Shown one piece after another: positions 17,987 to 29,257 of a stretch of DNA of 64,000 nucleotides (the first letter of the stretch is position 1; each line of letters starts with the position of its first letter). The translations under genes and the position numbers were made by a program. Source of the DNA: an uncultured Bacillota bacterium. Its GTDB lineage: Bacteria > Bacillota > Clostridia > Christensenellales > UBA1242. The notes under the pieces were generated by a model. That model had not been told where the DNA came from, did not search any database, and worked only from the letters and a program-made list of their open reading frames with translations. Location of the stretch: positions 15 through 64,014 of the forward strand of contig URWY01000004.1 in the NCBI GenBank assembly GCA_900551705.1, in the 5' to 3' direction.

Positions 17987-18949
17987 ATGGAAATAAAAGA
18001 TAAAGAAATTTTAAGAAGGCTATTAAATATTCCAAAACTGGATATTTTTACAAATGAGAATCTCAAAAATTACCTGTCATTCCGCCCCGAAAACAGCATT
18101 TGTAAATACTTGCTTGTTTGCAATACTGAAAATGCACTTATAAGCACATTACGCATTTTAAAAAATAAAAACACTCGGCTAAATTATAAAAATCAGGCCG
18201 CTATTAAACATGTAATTTTGTCAAACGGAACAAACACACTGTTTAAAGATGAGTTTTATAACGGGTTTGTTGTTAAATTAGGTAAAAATTTTAAGAAAAT
18301 CAAAATCACATCAACAAAAGGCAACAATGTCTATGTATCTGTTGGCGCAAACACCAACTTATTTGCACTCAATCACTTTTTAAAGCAAAATGGTATTGGC
18401 GGTATGGAATGGAGTTATGGAATTCCAGGAAGTGTGGGCGGGGCGATTATTATGAATGCTGGCGCGTTCGGCGGAGAAATGTCAAGCGTTCTTGAAAAAG
18501 TCAAAATTATAAAAAATGGCAAGTCTGAATGGACAAAAGATTTTTGGTTCGATTATCGCGATTCTAGTTTTAAACAAAATAAGGATATTGTTATCGAAGC
18601 AGTTTTGAAATTAAAAAAGTCAAATCAAGAAGACATTGAAAAACTACAAAAAGAAAATTTATCAAAAAGGCTACAAAGTCAGCCACACAACCTTCCAAGT
18701 GCTGGCAGCGTGTTCAAAAGAATAATTAAACAAAATGAAATTATTTTTCCTGCAAAATTAATTGACAACTTGGGGTTAAAAAATGTTAAAATAGGTGGAG
18801 CAATGGTGAGCGAAAAACATGCTGGCTTTATTGTCAATTTTGCTAATGCCACTGCAAAAGATTTTATCGAACTTTCAGATTTTGTGAAAAGTCAAGTTAA
18901 AGAAAAATATAATCTCGACCTAACACAAGAAGTGGAGATTATTGAGTGA
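17987..18949 (+). CDS. murB: UDP-N-acetylenolpyruvoylglucosamine reductase
   Basis: GIPGSVGGAIIMNAGAFGGE and PSAGSVFK motifs. Confidence 0.9.
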   Translation: MEIKDKEILRRLLNIPKLDIFTNENLKNYLSFRPENSICKYLLVCNTENALISTLRILKNKNTRLNYKNQAAIKHVILSNGTNTLFKDEFYNGFVVKLGKNFKKIKITSTKGNNVYVSVGANTNLFALNHFLKQNGIGGMEWSYGIPGSVGGAIIMNAGAFGGEMSSVLEKVKIIKNGKSEWTKDFWFDYRDSSFKQNKDIVIEAVLKLKKSNQEDIEKLQKENLSKRLQSQPHNLPSAGSVFKRIIKQNEIIFPAKLIDNLGLKNVKIGGAMVSEKHAGFIVNFANATAKDFIELSDFVKSQVKEKYNLDLTQEVEIIE

Positions 18950-18955
18950 GGAAAT

Positions 18956-19693
18956 ATGCACTTATTTGGAGATTATCATACCCATACAAGATATTCCAGT
19001 GGCAGGCACAATTCAAGACATGCCAAGGGTTCAATTTATGAAAATGCTTTAATCGCTAAGCAAAAAGGATTAAGAGAAATCGGCATAACAGAGCACGGAT
19101 TATCTCATAAATTGTATGGCTTACAAAAAAACAAAATTGAAAAAATCAGGCAAGAAATAGAAGCCTGCGAAAAAGATTTACAAATCAAAATTTTGCTAGG
19201 TATAGAAGCAAATATAATTTCGTCTGCCGGCGATATTGACATGACAGATGACGAAATAAAATTGTTTGATTATATCGTTGTTGGTTTTCATTCTTTTGCT
19301 CGTGCAAAAAATGTTAAAGAATATTTTAAATTCTTTCTTCCAAACATTTTAGGTTTTAAAAGAAAAAAAGATATAGAACGCAACACTCGTTCACTTACGC
19401 TAGCAATGAAAAAATATCCGATAAAATTTATTTCTCACCCAGGCGTTAATATGCCACTAAACTTTGATGAAATTTGCAAAGTTGCAAACGAAACAAACAC
19501 ACTTCTTGAAATAAATGGTAAACGAATTGCTTACACAAAAAATGATGTAAAAATAATTAAAAAAAATAAAAATAAATTAATAATAAATTCAGATGCTCAC
19601 ACCCCTAATAGCGTAGGCGAAGTAAATAAACCTATTAAATTTATTTTAAAAAATAATATTCCATTAAATTTAATAAATAATTTAATTAATTAA
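18956..19693 (+). CDS. PHP-domain phosphoesterase (histidinol-phosphatase family)
   Basis: N-terminal GDYHTHTRYS, internal ITEHG, C-terminal SDAHTP metal-binding motifs. Confidence 0.75.
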   Translation: MHLFGDYHTHTRYSSGRHNSRHAKGSIYENALIAKQKGLREIGITEHGLSHKLYGLQKNKIEKIRQEIEACEKDLQIKILLGIEANIISSAGDIDMTDDEIKLFDYIVVGFHSFARAKNVKEYFKFFLPNILGFKRKKDIERNTRSLTLAMKKYPIKFISHPGVNMPLNFDEICKVANETNTLLEINGKRIAYTKNDVKIIKKNKNKLIINSDAHTPNSVGEVNKPIKFILKNNIPLNLINNLIN

Positions 19694-19706
19694 AAAGGAT
19701 AAAATT

Positions 19707-20651
19707 ATGAGTTTCTCGCAAAATTCAAAAAATGAAATTTTAAATCAAAATTTAGAAAAGAAAATATCGCTAAAACCCTTTATTTATGGGCTTTATCTTT
19801 CTTGTGGAAATATAAAAAATAATTCTAAAAATATTTATTTATTTACTGATTTAGAAAATATTTTTCCATTAATTATTAAATTATTTAAAAATAAATTAAA
19901 AAATAATGAAATTAATTACGAAAATTTAATAAAAATTGATGAAATAACAAAAATAGCAAATAAAAATTATTATGAAATTGAATTAAATTCGCAATTAATT
20001 GATAATTTAAATATCAATTTTACAAAAGATATTCAAGAAAACGCTGAACTAATTATTTCTAGTTTAGACGATATAAAAAGTTTTTGCATCGGTGCTTTCT
20101 TAGGCTGTGCAACTTCAAGTATAAAAATTTCAGAAACTCCACAAGACATAACAACTTCTGGCTACCACTTAGAGTTTGACTCAAAGAATCATGAGTTTTT
20201 GCTTTTACTTTCTGAGTATCTTGCGCAGTTTGACATCAATGCCAAAATTTTAAAAAGGCGTAACAATTTTGTTTTGTATGTTAAAGATGCCGAACAAGTT
20301 AGCGATGTTCTTGCACTTGTTGGGGCAAACAATAGCGTAATTGAATTGCAAAATGAAATTGTTAAAAGAGAATTTAGAAATAAGATTAATAGGCAAACAA
20401 ATTGCGAAAGCGGAAACATAACCAAGATGGTAAACGCAAGCATGAAACAGATAGATGCAATCGAAAAAATTGAGTCAACAATCGGGCTTTCATCACTCGC
20501 CCCTGACCTTGAAGAAGTTGCAATTTTAAGGCTTGCTAACCCTGAGGAAAGTTTGACCGATTTACTCAAACTTTCAACACTCAATTTAACAAAAAGCGGA
20601 CTTAATCATAGGCTTAGAAAATTAATTTCAATAGCCGATAATTTAACTTGA
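19707..20651 (+). CDS. whiA: Sporulation/cell-division regulator WhiA
   Basis: LAGLIDADG-derived middle domain (GAFLGCATSSI) and C-terminal HTH (LTKSGLNHRLRKL). Confidence 0.85.
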   Translation: MSFSQNSKNEILNQNLEKKISLKPFIYGLYLSCGNIKNNSKNIYLFTDLENIFPLIIKLFKNKLKNNEINYENLIKIDEITKIANKNYYEIELNSQLIDNLNINFTKDIQENAELIISSLDDIKSFCIGAFLGCATSSIKISETPQDITTSGYHLEFDSKNHEFLLLLSEYLAQFDINAKILKRRNNFVLYVKDAEQVSDVLALVGANNSVIELQNEIVKREFRNKINRQTNCESGNITKMVNASMKQIDAIEKIESTIGLSSLAPDLEEVAILRLANPEESLTDLLKLSTLNLTKSGLNHRLRKLISIADNLT

Positions 20652-20683
20652 TTTTAAAATGAAAACATAGTAAAATCTATGGT

Positions 20684-23600
20684 ATGGAAAAATTCATTCA
20701 CTTACATAACCACACAGAATATAGTTTGCTTGACGGCTGTGCTAGGATTAAAAAATTAGTTGAAGTCACCGCTGAACGCGGCTGGCCTGCAGTTGCAATC
20801 ACTGACCATGGCAACATGTATGGTGCATTGCAATTTTATACTGCATGTTTAGCAAAAGGAATAAAACCAATTATTGGCACAGAGTTTTATGTAAGCGAAA
20901 ATCTTTATGATAAAAACGGCAAACAAAATTTTTATCACCAAATTTTAATAGCAAAAAATAATGTTGGTTATAAAAATTTGTTAAAACTTAACTCAATCGC
21001 CTTTAAAGATGGTTATTATTACAAACCAAGAATTGACTTCAAAATCATGGAGCAATACCATGAAGGCTTAATCTGTTTAAGCGCGTGTTTAGCTGGAAAA
21101 TTGCCACAACTTATATTAAGCAGACAATTTGACGAAGCAGAAAAATTGACATTATGGTATAAAAACTTATATGGTGACGATTTTTATCTTGAAGTTCAAA
21201 ATCACGGTATACCAGAACAACAAGAAGTAAATAGATATTTAAAAACATTATCCGAAAGACACGGAATTAAACTTGTAGCAACGAACGACTGCCATTATAT
21301 TTACCAAGAAGACGCCGAAATGCAAGATATTTTGATGTGCGTTCAAATGGGAAAACGCGTTGACGATCCAGATAGATTAAAGTTCTCAACAGATCAATTT
21401 TATTACAAAACTTATGAAGAAATGGCAGAAGCAATGAAAGGCTATGAAGAAGCACTTGCAACACCTTTCGAAATTGCTGACAAAGTTGATGTTGTTATTA
21501 GGTCAAAGGCTCATGGCGATATTATCGGTTTAGACAGCAAATATGTTATGCCTGCCAACGAGAACTACATTCCTAAATATGTTCCAGAAAATGGTATGAC
21601 GCCTTATGAGTTTTTGCGTGATTTAACAATGAAAGGTTTGAAAGACAGATATAAGGATGTCACACCTGAAATTATGCAAAGAGCAGAAACAGAACTTGAA
21701 ATTATTAACTCTCAAGGTTTTGTGGAATACTTTCTTATAGTCTGGGACTATATCAACTATGCAAGGCAAAATGGCATTCCTGTTGGTCCTGGTCGTGGTT
21801 CTGGTGCAGGAAGTATTGTTGCCTATGCCAGTGGAATTACTCGTGTTGACCCACTTAAATATGACTTAATCTTTGAAAGATTTATTCACAAAGAGCGTGT
21901 TTCAATGCCCGATTTCGATGTTGACTTCGATTACGATAGGCGCAGTGAAGTTATTGAATATGTTAAGCGCAAATATGGCGATGACCATGTTGCCTTGATT
22001 GCTACATTCGGCACAATGGCGGCTAAAAATGCCATACGAGATGTTGCAAGAACGCTTAATATGCCATATTCAGAGGCTGATAAAATTGCTAAATTAATTC
22101 CAAATAAGTTGCCAGCAGGCATTAAAAAGCCACCAGTTTTGAAATACTACTTTGGCGTTACTGGTGACGAGAAAAACGATAAATACATAATTCCAGAACT
22201 AAGACAACTTTATGATGACGATCCATTTATCAAAAAAGTATGCGACTTAGCAATTAAACTTGAAGGTACTCCACGAAATGTTTCAACTCACGCTTGTGGA
22301 ACGCTGATCGCACCAGAGGCAGTTGATAACTTTGTTCCACTTTCACGAAGTGGAGATGATATTTCAACTCAATACAACATGATAGAGCTTGAACAACTTG
22401 GACTTTTGAAAATGGACTTCTTAGGTTTAAGAACTCTAACAGATATTAACAAAGCATTAACCTATATTAAGGAAGATAAAAACATAGATATTGACTTCTA
22501 CAATATGGAGTATGACGACAAAAATGTTTATGATTTAATTTCGTCAGGAAACACCGAAGCGATATTCCAACTTGAAAGTGAAGGTATGAAAAAGTTTATG
22601 AAGGACTTAAAGCCGGACTGCTTGGAAGATATTATCGCTGGCGTATCGCTTTATCGTCCTGGCCCTATGGATTCAATTCCAAGGTATATCAAAAATAAGC
22701 AAAATCCTGATAAAATCGTATACGCTCACCCATGCCTAGAAAAAATTCTTGATGTTACTTACGGCTGTATTGTCTACCAAGAACAAGTTATGAAGATTTT
22801 CCAAGTTATGGGCGGATATAATATGGGGCAAGCGGACAATGTTAGACGAATTATGGGTAAGAAAAAAGTTGAAAAGATGCCTGCTGAAAAGAAAAAATTT
22901 ATTGAAGGTTGGGAAGATCCAAAAGGTATCAGTCCAATTCCTGGTGCTTTAAAACTTGGTGTTCCAAGAGAAGTTGCAGAACAAGTATTCCACGAAATGG
23001 AATCCTTCGCACAATACGCCTTCAATAAATCGCACGCAGCCGCTTATGCCTTTTTAACATATCAAACAGCATATTTGAAATGTTACTATGAAATATACTT
23101 CCTATGCTCTGTTTTAAATAATAGGATTACTAACTCTGATGAAATTAAAAAATATGTGACATATATTAAATCGGAAGGCTATCAAGTTTTACCACCAGAT
23201 ATTAATAAAAGTAAAACATATTTCTCAGTTGAAAATGGCAATTTGCGTTTCGGACTTGCCGCTATCAAGAATGTTGGCGTTGCTCTTATTGAAAACATAA
23301 TTTCAGAGCGTGAAACAAACGGCGAATTTAAAGATTTTATGGACTTTATTAAGCGTGTCGATAGCGCCGCACATAACAAACGCTGTTTGGAAAGTTTAAT
23401 ACTTGCTGGTGCGTTTGATTGCTTCGGAGTTTATCGCTCACAACTTATGAGTATTTACGATATTGCGGTTGGCCGTGAATCACTTGAAAGGAAGAAAAAA
23501 GCAAGCGGACAATTTTCTCTTTTTGATACATTTGAAGACCAAGAACCTGTTTTAGAGGATAAACTTGACTATCCAGACATCAAAGAATTTAACAAAGATG

Positions 23601-24289
23601 CAAAGTTAAAATTTGAAAAAGAAGTTGTTGGTATTTATATCTCAGGAAACCCACTTGACGAGCATTTGGAAAAATTTAAAGATTTCAACTTAAAATCAAC
23701 GATGCTAGAACCAGTGGAAAGCGAATTTGACGAAGATTCCGATGACAACTCCCCTAAATATTCAAACGATTTACAAAATGATATGAAAGTTATATGCGGA
23801 GGAATACTTGGAGATTGCAGAAAAACTGTAACAAAAAACGGCAATCGCGAAATGGGATTTGCACAAGTTGAAGACCTATACGGAACAATAGATTTGATGT
23901 TCTTTCCAGATTGCTATCGCAGATTAAAACCTTTGATTGTTGACGATAATTTAGTTACAGTTAAAGGCCATTTAAGTATACGTGACGGCGAAAAACCAAC
24001 TGTAATTGTTGAAGATTTAATTCCTTGGAAGAAAACTGAAAAGAAAGAAGAAGAACCAGAAAAAGTTGAACCAAAGAAGCGCCTTTGTTTAAGGTTTGAT
24101 ACAACAGATACACTTTTATATAATAAAATCGTTTCCGTGATAGCCACCTATCCTGGGGAAAGTGAAGTTTATGTAAGATGTTTACAAACTGGAACAGCAT
24201 TTAAAATGAATAAAACGGTTACAATTTCAAATCATTTACAAAATGAACTTTGCGGAATTTTGGAAGAAGAAAATATCATTGTTCAATAA
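20684..24289 (+). CDS. dnaE: DNA polymerase III alpha subunit (DnaE type)
   Basis: PHP N-terminus FIHLHNHTEYSLLDG, polymerase core (MPDFDVDF, GLLKMDFLGL), OB-fold region. 1201 aa. Confidence 0.95.
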   Translation: MEKFIHLHNHTEYSLLDGCARIKKLVEVTAERGWPAVAITDHGNMYGALQFYTACLAKGIKPIIGTEFYVSENLYDKNGKQNFYHQILIAKNNVGYKNLLKLNSIAFKDGYYYKPRIDFKIMEQYHEGLICLSACLAGKLPQLILSRQFDEAEKLTLWYKNLYGDDFYLEVQNHGIPEQQEVNRYLKTLSERHGIKLVATNDCHYIYQEDAEMQDILMCVQMGKRVDDPDRLKFSTDQFYYKTYEEMAEAMKGYEEALATPFEIADKVDVVIRSKAHGDIIGLDSKYVMPANENYIPKYVPENGMTPYEFLRDLTMKGLKDRYKDVTPEIMQRAETELEIINSQGFVEYFLIVWDYINYARQNGIPVGPGRGSGAGSIVAYASGITRVDPLKYDLIFERFIHKERVSMPDFDVDFDYDRRSEVIEYVKRKYGDDHVALIATFGTMAAKNAIRDVARTLNMPYSEADKIAKLIPNKLPAGIKKPPVLKYYFGVTGDEKNDKYIIPELRQLYDDDPFIKKVCDLAIKLEGTPRNVSTHACGTLIAPEAVDNFVPLSRSGDDISTQYNMIELEQLGLLKMDFLGLRTLTDINKALTYIKEDKNIDIDFYNMEYDDKNVYDLISSGNTEAIFQLESEGMKKFMKDLKPDCLEDIIAGVSLYRPGPMDSIPRYIKNKQNPDKIVYAHPCLEKILDVTYGCIVYQEQVMKIFQVMGGYNMGQADNVRRIMGKKKVEKMPAEKKKFIEGWEDPKGISPIPGALKLGVPREVAEQVFHEMESFAQYAFNKSHAAAYAFLTYQTAYLKCYYEIYFLCSVLNNRITNSDEIKKYVTYIKSEGYQVLPPDINKSKTYFSVENGNLRFGLAAIKNVGVALIENIISERETNGEFKDFMDFIKRVDSAAHNKRCLESLILAGAFDCFGVYRSQLMSIYDIAVGRESLERKKKASGQFSLFDTFEDQEPVLEDKLDYPDIKEFNKDAKLKFEKEVVGIYISGNPLDEHLEKFKDFNLKSTMLEPVESEFDEDSDDNSPKYSNDLQNDMKVICGGILGDCRKTVTKNGNREMGFAQVEDLYGTIDLMFFPDCYRRLKPLIVDDNLVTVKGHLSIRDGEKPTVIVEDLIPWKKTEKKEEEPEKVEPKKRLCLRFDTTDTLLYNKIVSVIATYPGESEVYVRCLQTGTAFKMNKTVTISNHLQNELCGILEEENIIVQ

Positions 24290-24300
24290 AAAAACAAAAA

Positions 24301-24322
24301 AAATAGGCATAAAAACCTATTT
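24301..24322. terminator. Bidirectional terminator between dnaE and the DUF378 gene
   Basis: Stem AAATAGG/CCTATTT flanked by A- and T-runs. Confidence 0.6.
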
Positions 24323-24327
24323 TTTTA

Positions 24328-24663
24328 TTAATTTTTATCATTTTTTACACGCTCGTATTCTTTTTCATCATCATATCGCGAATATTCTTCACGATTCTTT
24401 TCCAATTTTTCTGGTTTATTTTTAAACACATGAATTCGCCCTTTCCCGCGGATTGCCATGATACCAAGCCATAATGCGGCAAAGCCAAATATTATATAAC
24501 AAATTCTGCTAAACATTGATGCTTGCGTTCCGAAAAATCCCGCAATAATATCATATTGCAACATTCCGATGCTAAGCCAATTTATCGAACCAAACAAAGT
24601 AACTAAAAAACAGATAAATGTAATCATATAGATATTTTTTGTTTTTAAATTATTTTTATTCAT
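24328..24663 (-). CDS. DUF378-family small membrane protein with charged C-terminal tail
   Basis: FGSINWLSIGMLQYDIIAGFFG is the typical DUF378 signature. Two TM segments. Confidence 0.75.
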   Translation of the reverse strand: MNKNNLKTKNIYMITFICFLVTLFGSINWLSIGMLQYDIIAGFFGTQASMFSRICYIIFGFAALWLGIMAIRGKGRIHVFKNKPEKLEKNREEYSRYDDEKEYERVKNDKN

Positions 24664-24725
24664 ATTTTGTCAGTCAAAATTGCGTATAGGTTTTCTCTGT
24701 TTGTATAATTTACACGGAGGCATAT

Positions 24726-26636
24726 ATGCAAAACGAAGAATTATTACATAAAGTAGAAGACTTAGAAAAACGAATTTCTTTTTCTAAAAAACAAGAAACA
24801 ACAGACCTTTCTGAAATCGAAAACAAATTGCAAAAATTTCAACTTTTCCGTGAAACAGCAACCGAAAGGATCATTAACCTTGATAATTCAATGACAAATA
24901 TCATGGAAACTGAAATGGAAAAGAGTGGGCAAATCAGCGATTTGCAAAGCAGAGTTGCAACCTTGGAGAGCAATAGCGGTTCATCTATATCTGACGAACA
25001 AATAGCACAAATCGAAGCAAATAAGCAAACAATTACAAACCAAGCGAATTCGATTTCAGACCTAGAAAGTGCTGTCGGGAATCACACAACCAAAATTAAT
25101 TCACTTATCACAAGCGACTCTGCACAAACCGAAGATATAACCAATTTGTCACTCAATTATTCGCATCTGAATAATGATGTTGATTCAATGACTAGCTCTG
25201 TTACAACGCTAACACAGAACTATAATGTTCATGAAGGCAAAATTCAAAATGCGCAATCAAATATAACCGATTTGGAAACCAGAGTCACAACGCTAGAAAA
25301 TTCAACCCCAACTCCTGTTCAATCTGATCTTCCAGAAACATATAACTATTTCAATACAGCCAAATTTGAACAAAATCAAGAAACATACGGCATTTATGAA
25401 CACTTTTTTACATGTTTCTTCTTAACCGAACCAACTTCGCTATGTAAAATAAAGTTCAAAGCGAATGTTTCAAAAATAAGTGAAATTGACTACACAAAAA
25501 CGCTCAATGTTTATCTCAATGACGAGGTTATTTGCACAAGACAATATTCTGGCAAAGGAACAGAAGACGATGTTATCGAATTTGAATATTATTTCTATCC
25601 ACAAACAAACAACAATAGAATAACTCTAAAATCTACGGAAAGAAATAACCTAAAAAAGAAAAGCAGACTCAAATTGAAAGATTGTTCAATCGAAATCCTT
25701 GGCCGAAATGTCACTGTTTTAAACCGTGATACAACTTTTAGAGTTTTTCCAGCGGGAAATAAATATTATTTAACAAAAAATAATTATGAAAATGCAACTG
25801 GTAAAATAATGCAAATTGGCGACACTTCTTGGAACGAAAATTTCTTCGATGTTCCACGAATTGTTTATAATGTAGATGACGAAAACGCATCAGCAATGGA
25901 TAAATCAATATATTCAACAATTAATCACACAATTTTGCCTAAATTTACCTATGATAGTGCCAATTCAAAATTTGAAATTGACGATACTAATTATTTAATT
26001 ACCAGCGTTTATTGTCATATTCAAAATCTATATAATCTTTCAAGCGAACTTGCTCCAACAAATTACAGTTCAACAAACATGTTGAGCCTCTGTCCAATAT
26101 ATTCAATTTCAACGCCAGGCGATAACGACACAACATTATTGCATACTTGTTCAGTCAGACCAGCATCAAATTTTATGTTATGTATGAATAAATCAAATAA
26201 CCTATCACTGGCTAATATGGAAGTCAAATTAAACGGTGAATCTCTTAATAAAAGATGGGTTTTTTGCACTCCTGTTATTTACAATGATTGGGTCACAAAC
26301 AACACTCACCCATATTATTGCATCGGATTAGATGAATTTGGTAACAACATTTTCTTTAATGCACGCGAAGCAACCTACTCTATTGATTTAGGGAAAGGCA
26401 CACAAACAACAGCGTTCGGCCAAGCGAACGGCAACATTCATGTATATATGAGTATTGCAAACAAGATTTTTAAAAAGGTTTTAACCTTCAATACAACAAC
26501 TCAACAATATGAACTTTCATCATCTGAATTCTTTTGCATCGGAAACGAATACATCGAAGGAATTTCTGACGACTATTTCATAAAAAAAGGCGAAACATGG
26601 AATTATGTTCCGCCTACTACTACAACCGAAAACTAA
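24726..26636 (+). CDS. Hypothetical 636-aa protein: N-terminal repeat/coiled-coil stalk plus N/T/Y-rich beta-type C-terminal domain (fibre-like)
   Basis: SD GGAGG upstream. Three copies of I(S/T)DL(Q/E)xxVxxLE(S/N). No signal peptide. Family not recognised. Confidence 0.7.
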   Translation: MQNEELLHKVEDLEKRISFSKKQETTDLSEIENKLQKFQLFRETATERIINLDNSMTNIMETEMEKSGQISDLQSRVATLESNSGSSISDEQIAQIEANKQTITNQANSISDLESAVGNHTTKINSLITSDSAQTEDITNLSLNYSHLNNDVDSMTSSVTTLTQNYNVHEGKIQNAQSNITDLETRVTTLENSTPTPVQSDLPETYNYFNTAKFEQNQETYGIYEHFFTCFFLTEPTSLCKIKFKANVSKISEIDYTKTLNVYLNDEVICTRQYSGKGTEDDVIEFEYYFYPQTNNNRITLKSTERNNLKKKSRLKLKDCSIEILGRNVTVLNRDTTFRVFPAGNKYYLTKNNYENATGKIMQIGDTSWNENFFDVPRIVYNVDDENASAMDKSIYSTINHTILPKFTYDSANSKFEIDDTNYLITSVYCHIQNLYNLSSELAPTNYSSTNMLSLCPIYSISTPGDNDTTLLHTCSVRPASNFMLCMNKSNNLSLANMEVKLNGESLNKRWVFCTPVIYNDWVTNNTHPYYCIGLDEFGNNIFFNAREATYSIDLGKGTQTTAFGQANGNIHVYMSIANKIFKKVLTFNTTTQQYELSSSEFFCIGNEYIEGISDDYFIKKGETWNYVPPTTTTEN

Positions 26637-26641
26637 AAAAT

Positions 26642-28897
26642 TTAGTCGTTTTTATCAGTTTTTTTAGGTTTTTTTGTTGTTTTAACCATTTTTTCGTTCA
26701 ATTTTTGAACTTTATCTTTTTTAACCGTATCATTTTCTGATGCGGTTTTTTTAGTTCTTGGACGCCTTACTTTCTTTTCTGGCTCTTTGTTTTCACCATT
26801 TTCAGATTTATTCTCGTTCACATTCTCTGCAACTTCAACTTCTTGTTTTTCTGCATTTTGTTTGTGATTTTCATATTCTTTTTCAATCTCATTTTTGTTG
26901 TCCACAAGTTGGTCATATTCTTTCTTAGTAACAACACCAGCTTTCAAAAGCATTTCAGCAGTTTTAAGTTTGTTATTTAAGTCATTCAATTTTCTTAAAT
27001 ATTCGTTGTCTTTTCTGCCTTTCTCTTCTTTTTCTTTCAAGATTTCGGCTTTCTTATCCATTTCTGCAACAATTTCATCAACAGATTTTCCTTCCATGAG
27101 CATGTCAACTTCTTCTTTATAAATTGTTTCTTTTATAATCAAAAGTTCAGACATCTTATCCATAATCAAACGATTTTCTTCAAGCAATTTATACGCTCTC
27201 TTATAGTTGTAATCTAAAATACCTCTAATTTCTTCGTCAATGATTGCTGCTGTTTCTTCACTATATTTAGACTGATTTTGATAATCACGGCCAAGGAATG
27301 GCTGAGTTGAAGTATCATATCCGATAAATCCTAAACGATTGCTCATGCCCCATTCAGTTACCATTTTACGAGCGATATCTGTTGCATGTTGAATATCGTT
27401 AGATGCCCCCGTTGAAATATCCCCAAAGACAATTTGTTCAGCAATTCTGCCGCCCATACACATAGCAATTTGGTCATTTAATTTATTGTAAGTCATATGT
27501 TGGTCATCTTCGCTTGGCCTACTCATTGTGTAACCTGCCGCCATACCGCGTGGAATAATAGATACTTCTTGGACTTCGTCACAGTTCTCTAAGAGTTTAC
27601 CAAGTATAGCATGTCCTGATTCATGATAAGTTGTAATCTTTTTGTCCCTATCTGTAACAAGTCTGCTTTTCTTTTGCGGACCCATTATTACCTTATTAAT
27701 ACCTTCTGTCAAATCTGACATAATGATTTTTGGTCTATTAGCCCTTGCAGCAAGGATTGATGCTTCATTAAGCATGTTTTCAATGTCTGCGCCAGTAAAT
27801 CCACTAGTAATTCTTGCTAAAACTTTGAAATCAATATCATCGTCTAAAGGCTTATTGCGCGCGTGAATTTTTATAATGCTTTCACGGCCTTTTACATCAG
27901 GAACATGAACATAAATTTGTCTGTCAAATCTACCAGGTCTTAAAAGTGCTGGGTCGAGGACATCACTTCTGTTTGTTGCTGCCAAAACGATTATTCCTTC
28001 GTTTGCTTCAAAACCGTCCATTTCAACAAGTAGTTGGTTTAAAGTTTGCTCTCTTTCATCATTTCCACCGCCAAGACCAGTTCCTCTTTGACGACCAACA
28101 GCATCAATTTCATCTATAAATATAATGCATGGTCTGCTTTTCTTAGCTTGATCAAATAAATCTCTAACACGGGAAGCCCCAACACCAACAAACATCTCAA
28201 CAAAGTCTGAACCGCTTATTGATAAGAAAGGAACATTACTTTCACCAGCAACCGCTTTTGCAAGCAAAGTTTTACCTGTTCCAGGAGGGCCAACAAGCAA
28301 TACACCTTTTGGTATTCTAGCACCTAAGTTTGTAAATTTTTGAGGATTCTTTAAAAATTCTACAACTTCTTCAAGTTCAGCCTTTTCTTCATCAGCGCCA
28401 GCAACATCTGAAAATCTAACTTTTATATTGTCAGTAGCGCGCGCCTTGCTTTTACCAAATCCCATTGAGCCTTGCCCACCTTTGGTTATAGCGCGGAATA
28501 TAAAGTATGCAATTATCAATATTACAAATAAACTAATATAAGGCATTATAGTTTCTAAAAACGATTCTTTGATTTGTTGCTCGGTATAATCAATATTTTT
28601 ACTTGTAATTAAGTTAATCAAATTCTCTTGCGTTGCCGATGTTGCGACTTCACAATAAAAATCTGAACTATTTGGCAATTTTTTGTCTGAATCTACCTTT
28701 GTTATTCTAAACACGCCACCATAGTAATACACTTCACCTACCTGATCGGTATTAATCATTTCAGTAAATCCTTTTGGCGTTATTTTATCTCCATAAGAAT
28801 TATTGCCTGTAAATAAAATTACAACTAGCACAATAATTAATATGGCAAAAACTATCCACCACAGCTTTTTAAAATTATCTTTTTTATTTTTGTCCAT
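26642..28897 (-). CDS. ftsH: ATP-dependent zinc metalloprotease FtsH with long K/E-rich C-terminal extension
   Basis: Walker [21 protein letters not shown] region, HESGHA zinc site. Start set at MDKNKK (ATG 28897) behind AAGGAGAG. Confidence 0.95.
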   Translation of the reverse strand: MDKNKKDNFKKLWWIVFAILIIVLVVILFTGNNSYGDKITPKGFTEMINTDQVGEVYYYGGVFRITKVDSDKKLPNSSDFYCEVATSATQENLINLITSKNIDYTEQQIKESFLETIMPYISLFVILIIAYFIFRAITKGGQGSMGFGKSKARATDNIKVRFSDVAGADEEKAELEEVVEFLKNPQKFTNLGARIPKGVLLVGPPGTGKTLLAKAVAGESNVPFLSISGSDFVEMFVGVGASRVRDLFDQAKKSRPCIIFIDEIDAVGRQRGTGLGGGNDEREQTLNQLLVEMDGFEANEGIIVLAATNRSDVLDPALLRPGRFDRQIYVHVPDVKGRESIIKIHARNKPLDDDIDFKVLARITSGFTGADIENMLNEASILAARANRPKIIMSDLTEGINKVIMGPQKKSRLVTDRDKKITTYHESGHAILGKLLENCDEVQEVSIIPRGMAAGYTMSRPSEDDQHMTYNKLNDQIAMCMGGRIAEQIVFGDISTGASNDIQHATDIARKMVTEWGMSNRLGFIGYDTSTQPFLGRDYQNQSKYSEETAAIIDEEIRGILDYNYKRAYKLLEENRLIMDKMSELLIIKETIYKEEVDMLMEGKSVDEIVAEMDKKAEILKEKEEKGRKDNEYLRKLNDLNNKLKTAEMLLKAGVVTKKEYDQLVDNKNEIEKEYENHKQNAEKQEVEVAENVNENKSENGENKEPEKKVRRPRTKKTASENDTVKKDKVQKLNEKMVKTTKKPKKTDKND

Positions 28898-29182
28898 AAC
28901 TCTCCTTTTCAATAATTTCTAGATATTAGTTTAACACAATTATGACTTTTTATCAACTTGTTTAACCCTTTATAATAGGTAAATTTTAAGTAATTTGGCT
29001 TAAAATGCCGTTTTAAAAATCTTAATCCTAAGCCATTTTTATGTTTTTAAATGATAAGTTAGTCGTTTACAAAAAATGGCTGAAAATTAAGTTTTTAAAG
29101 TAACATTTAAATTATGCAATACATGACATAATAATTAGATTTATCATCTTAATGATATAAAATCGATATTAAACAATTAAAA

Positions 29183-29198
29183 TGTTTCACGTGAAACA
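29183..29198. promoter_or_regulatory. parS site 1 (ParB/Spo0J binding palindrome)
   Basis: Perfect 16-bp palindrome TGTTTCACGTGAAACA, matching the Firmicute parS consensus TGTTNCACGTGAAACA. Confidence 0.85.
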
Positions 29199-29220
29199 TT
29201 TTAAATTTTCTTTTTTATAT

Positions 29221-29236
29221 TGTTTCACGTGAAACA
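29221..29236. promoter_or_regulatory. parS site 2
   Basis: Identical TGTTTCACGTGAAACA, 38 bp after site 1. Confidence 0.85.
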
Positions 29237-29257
29237 TCGGACTTAGGTTGTTATTTT

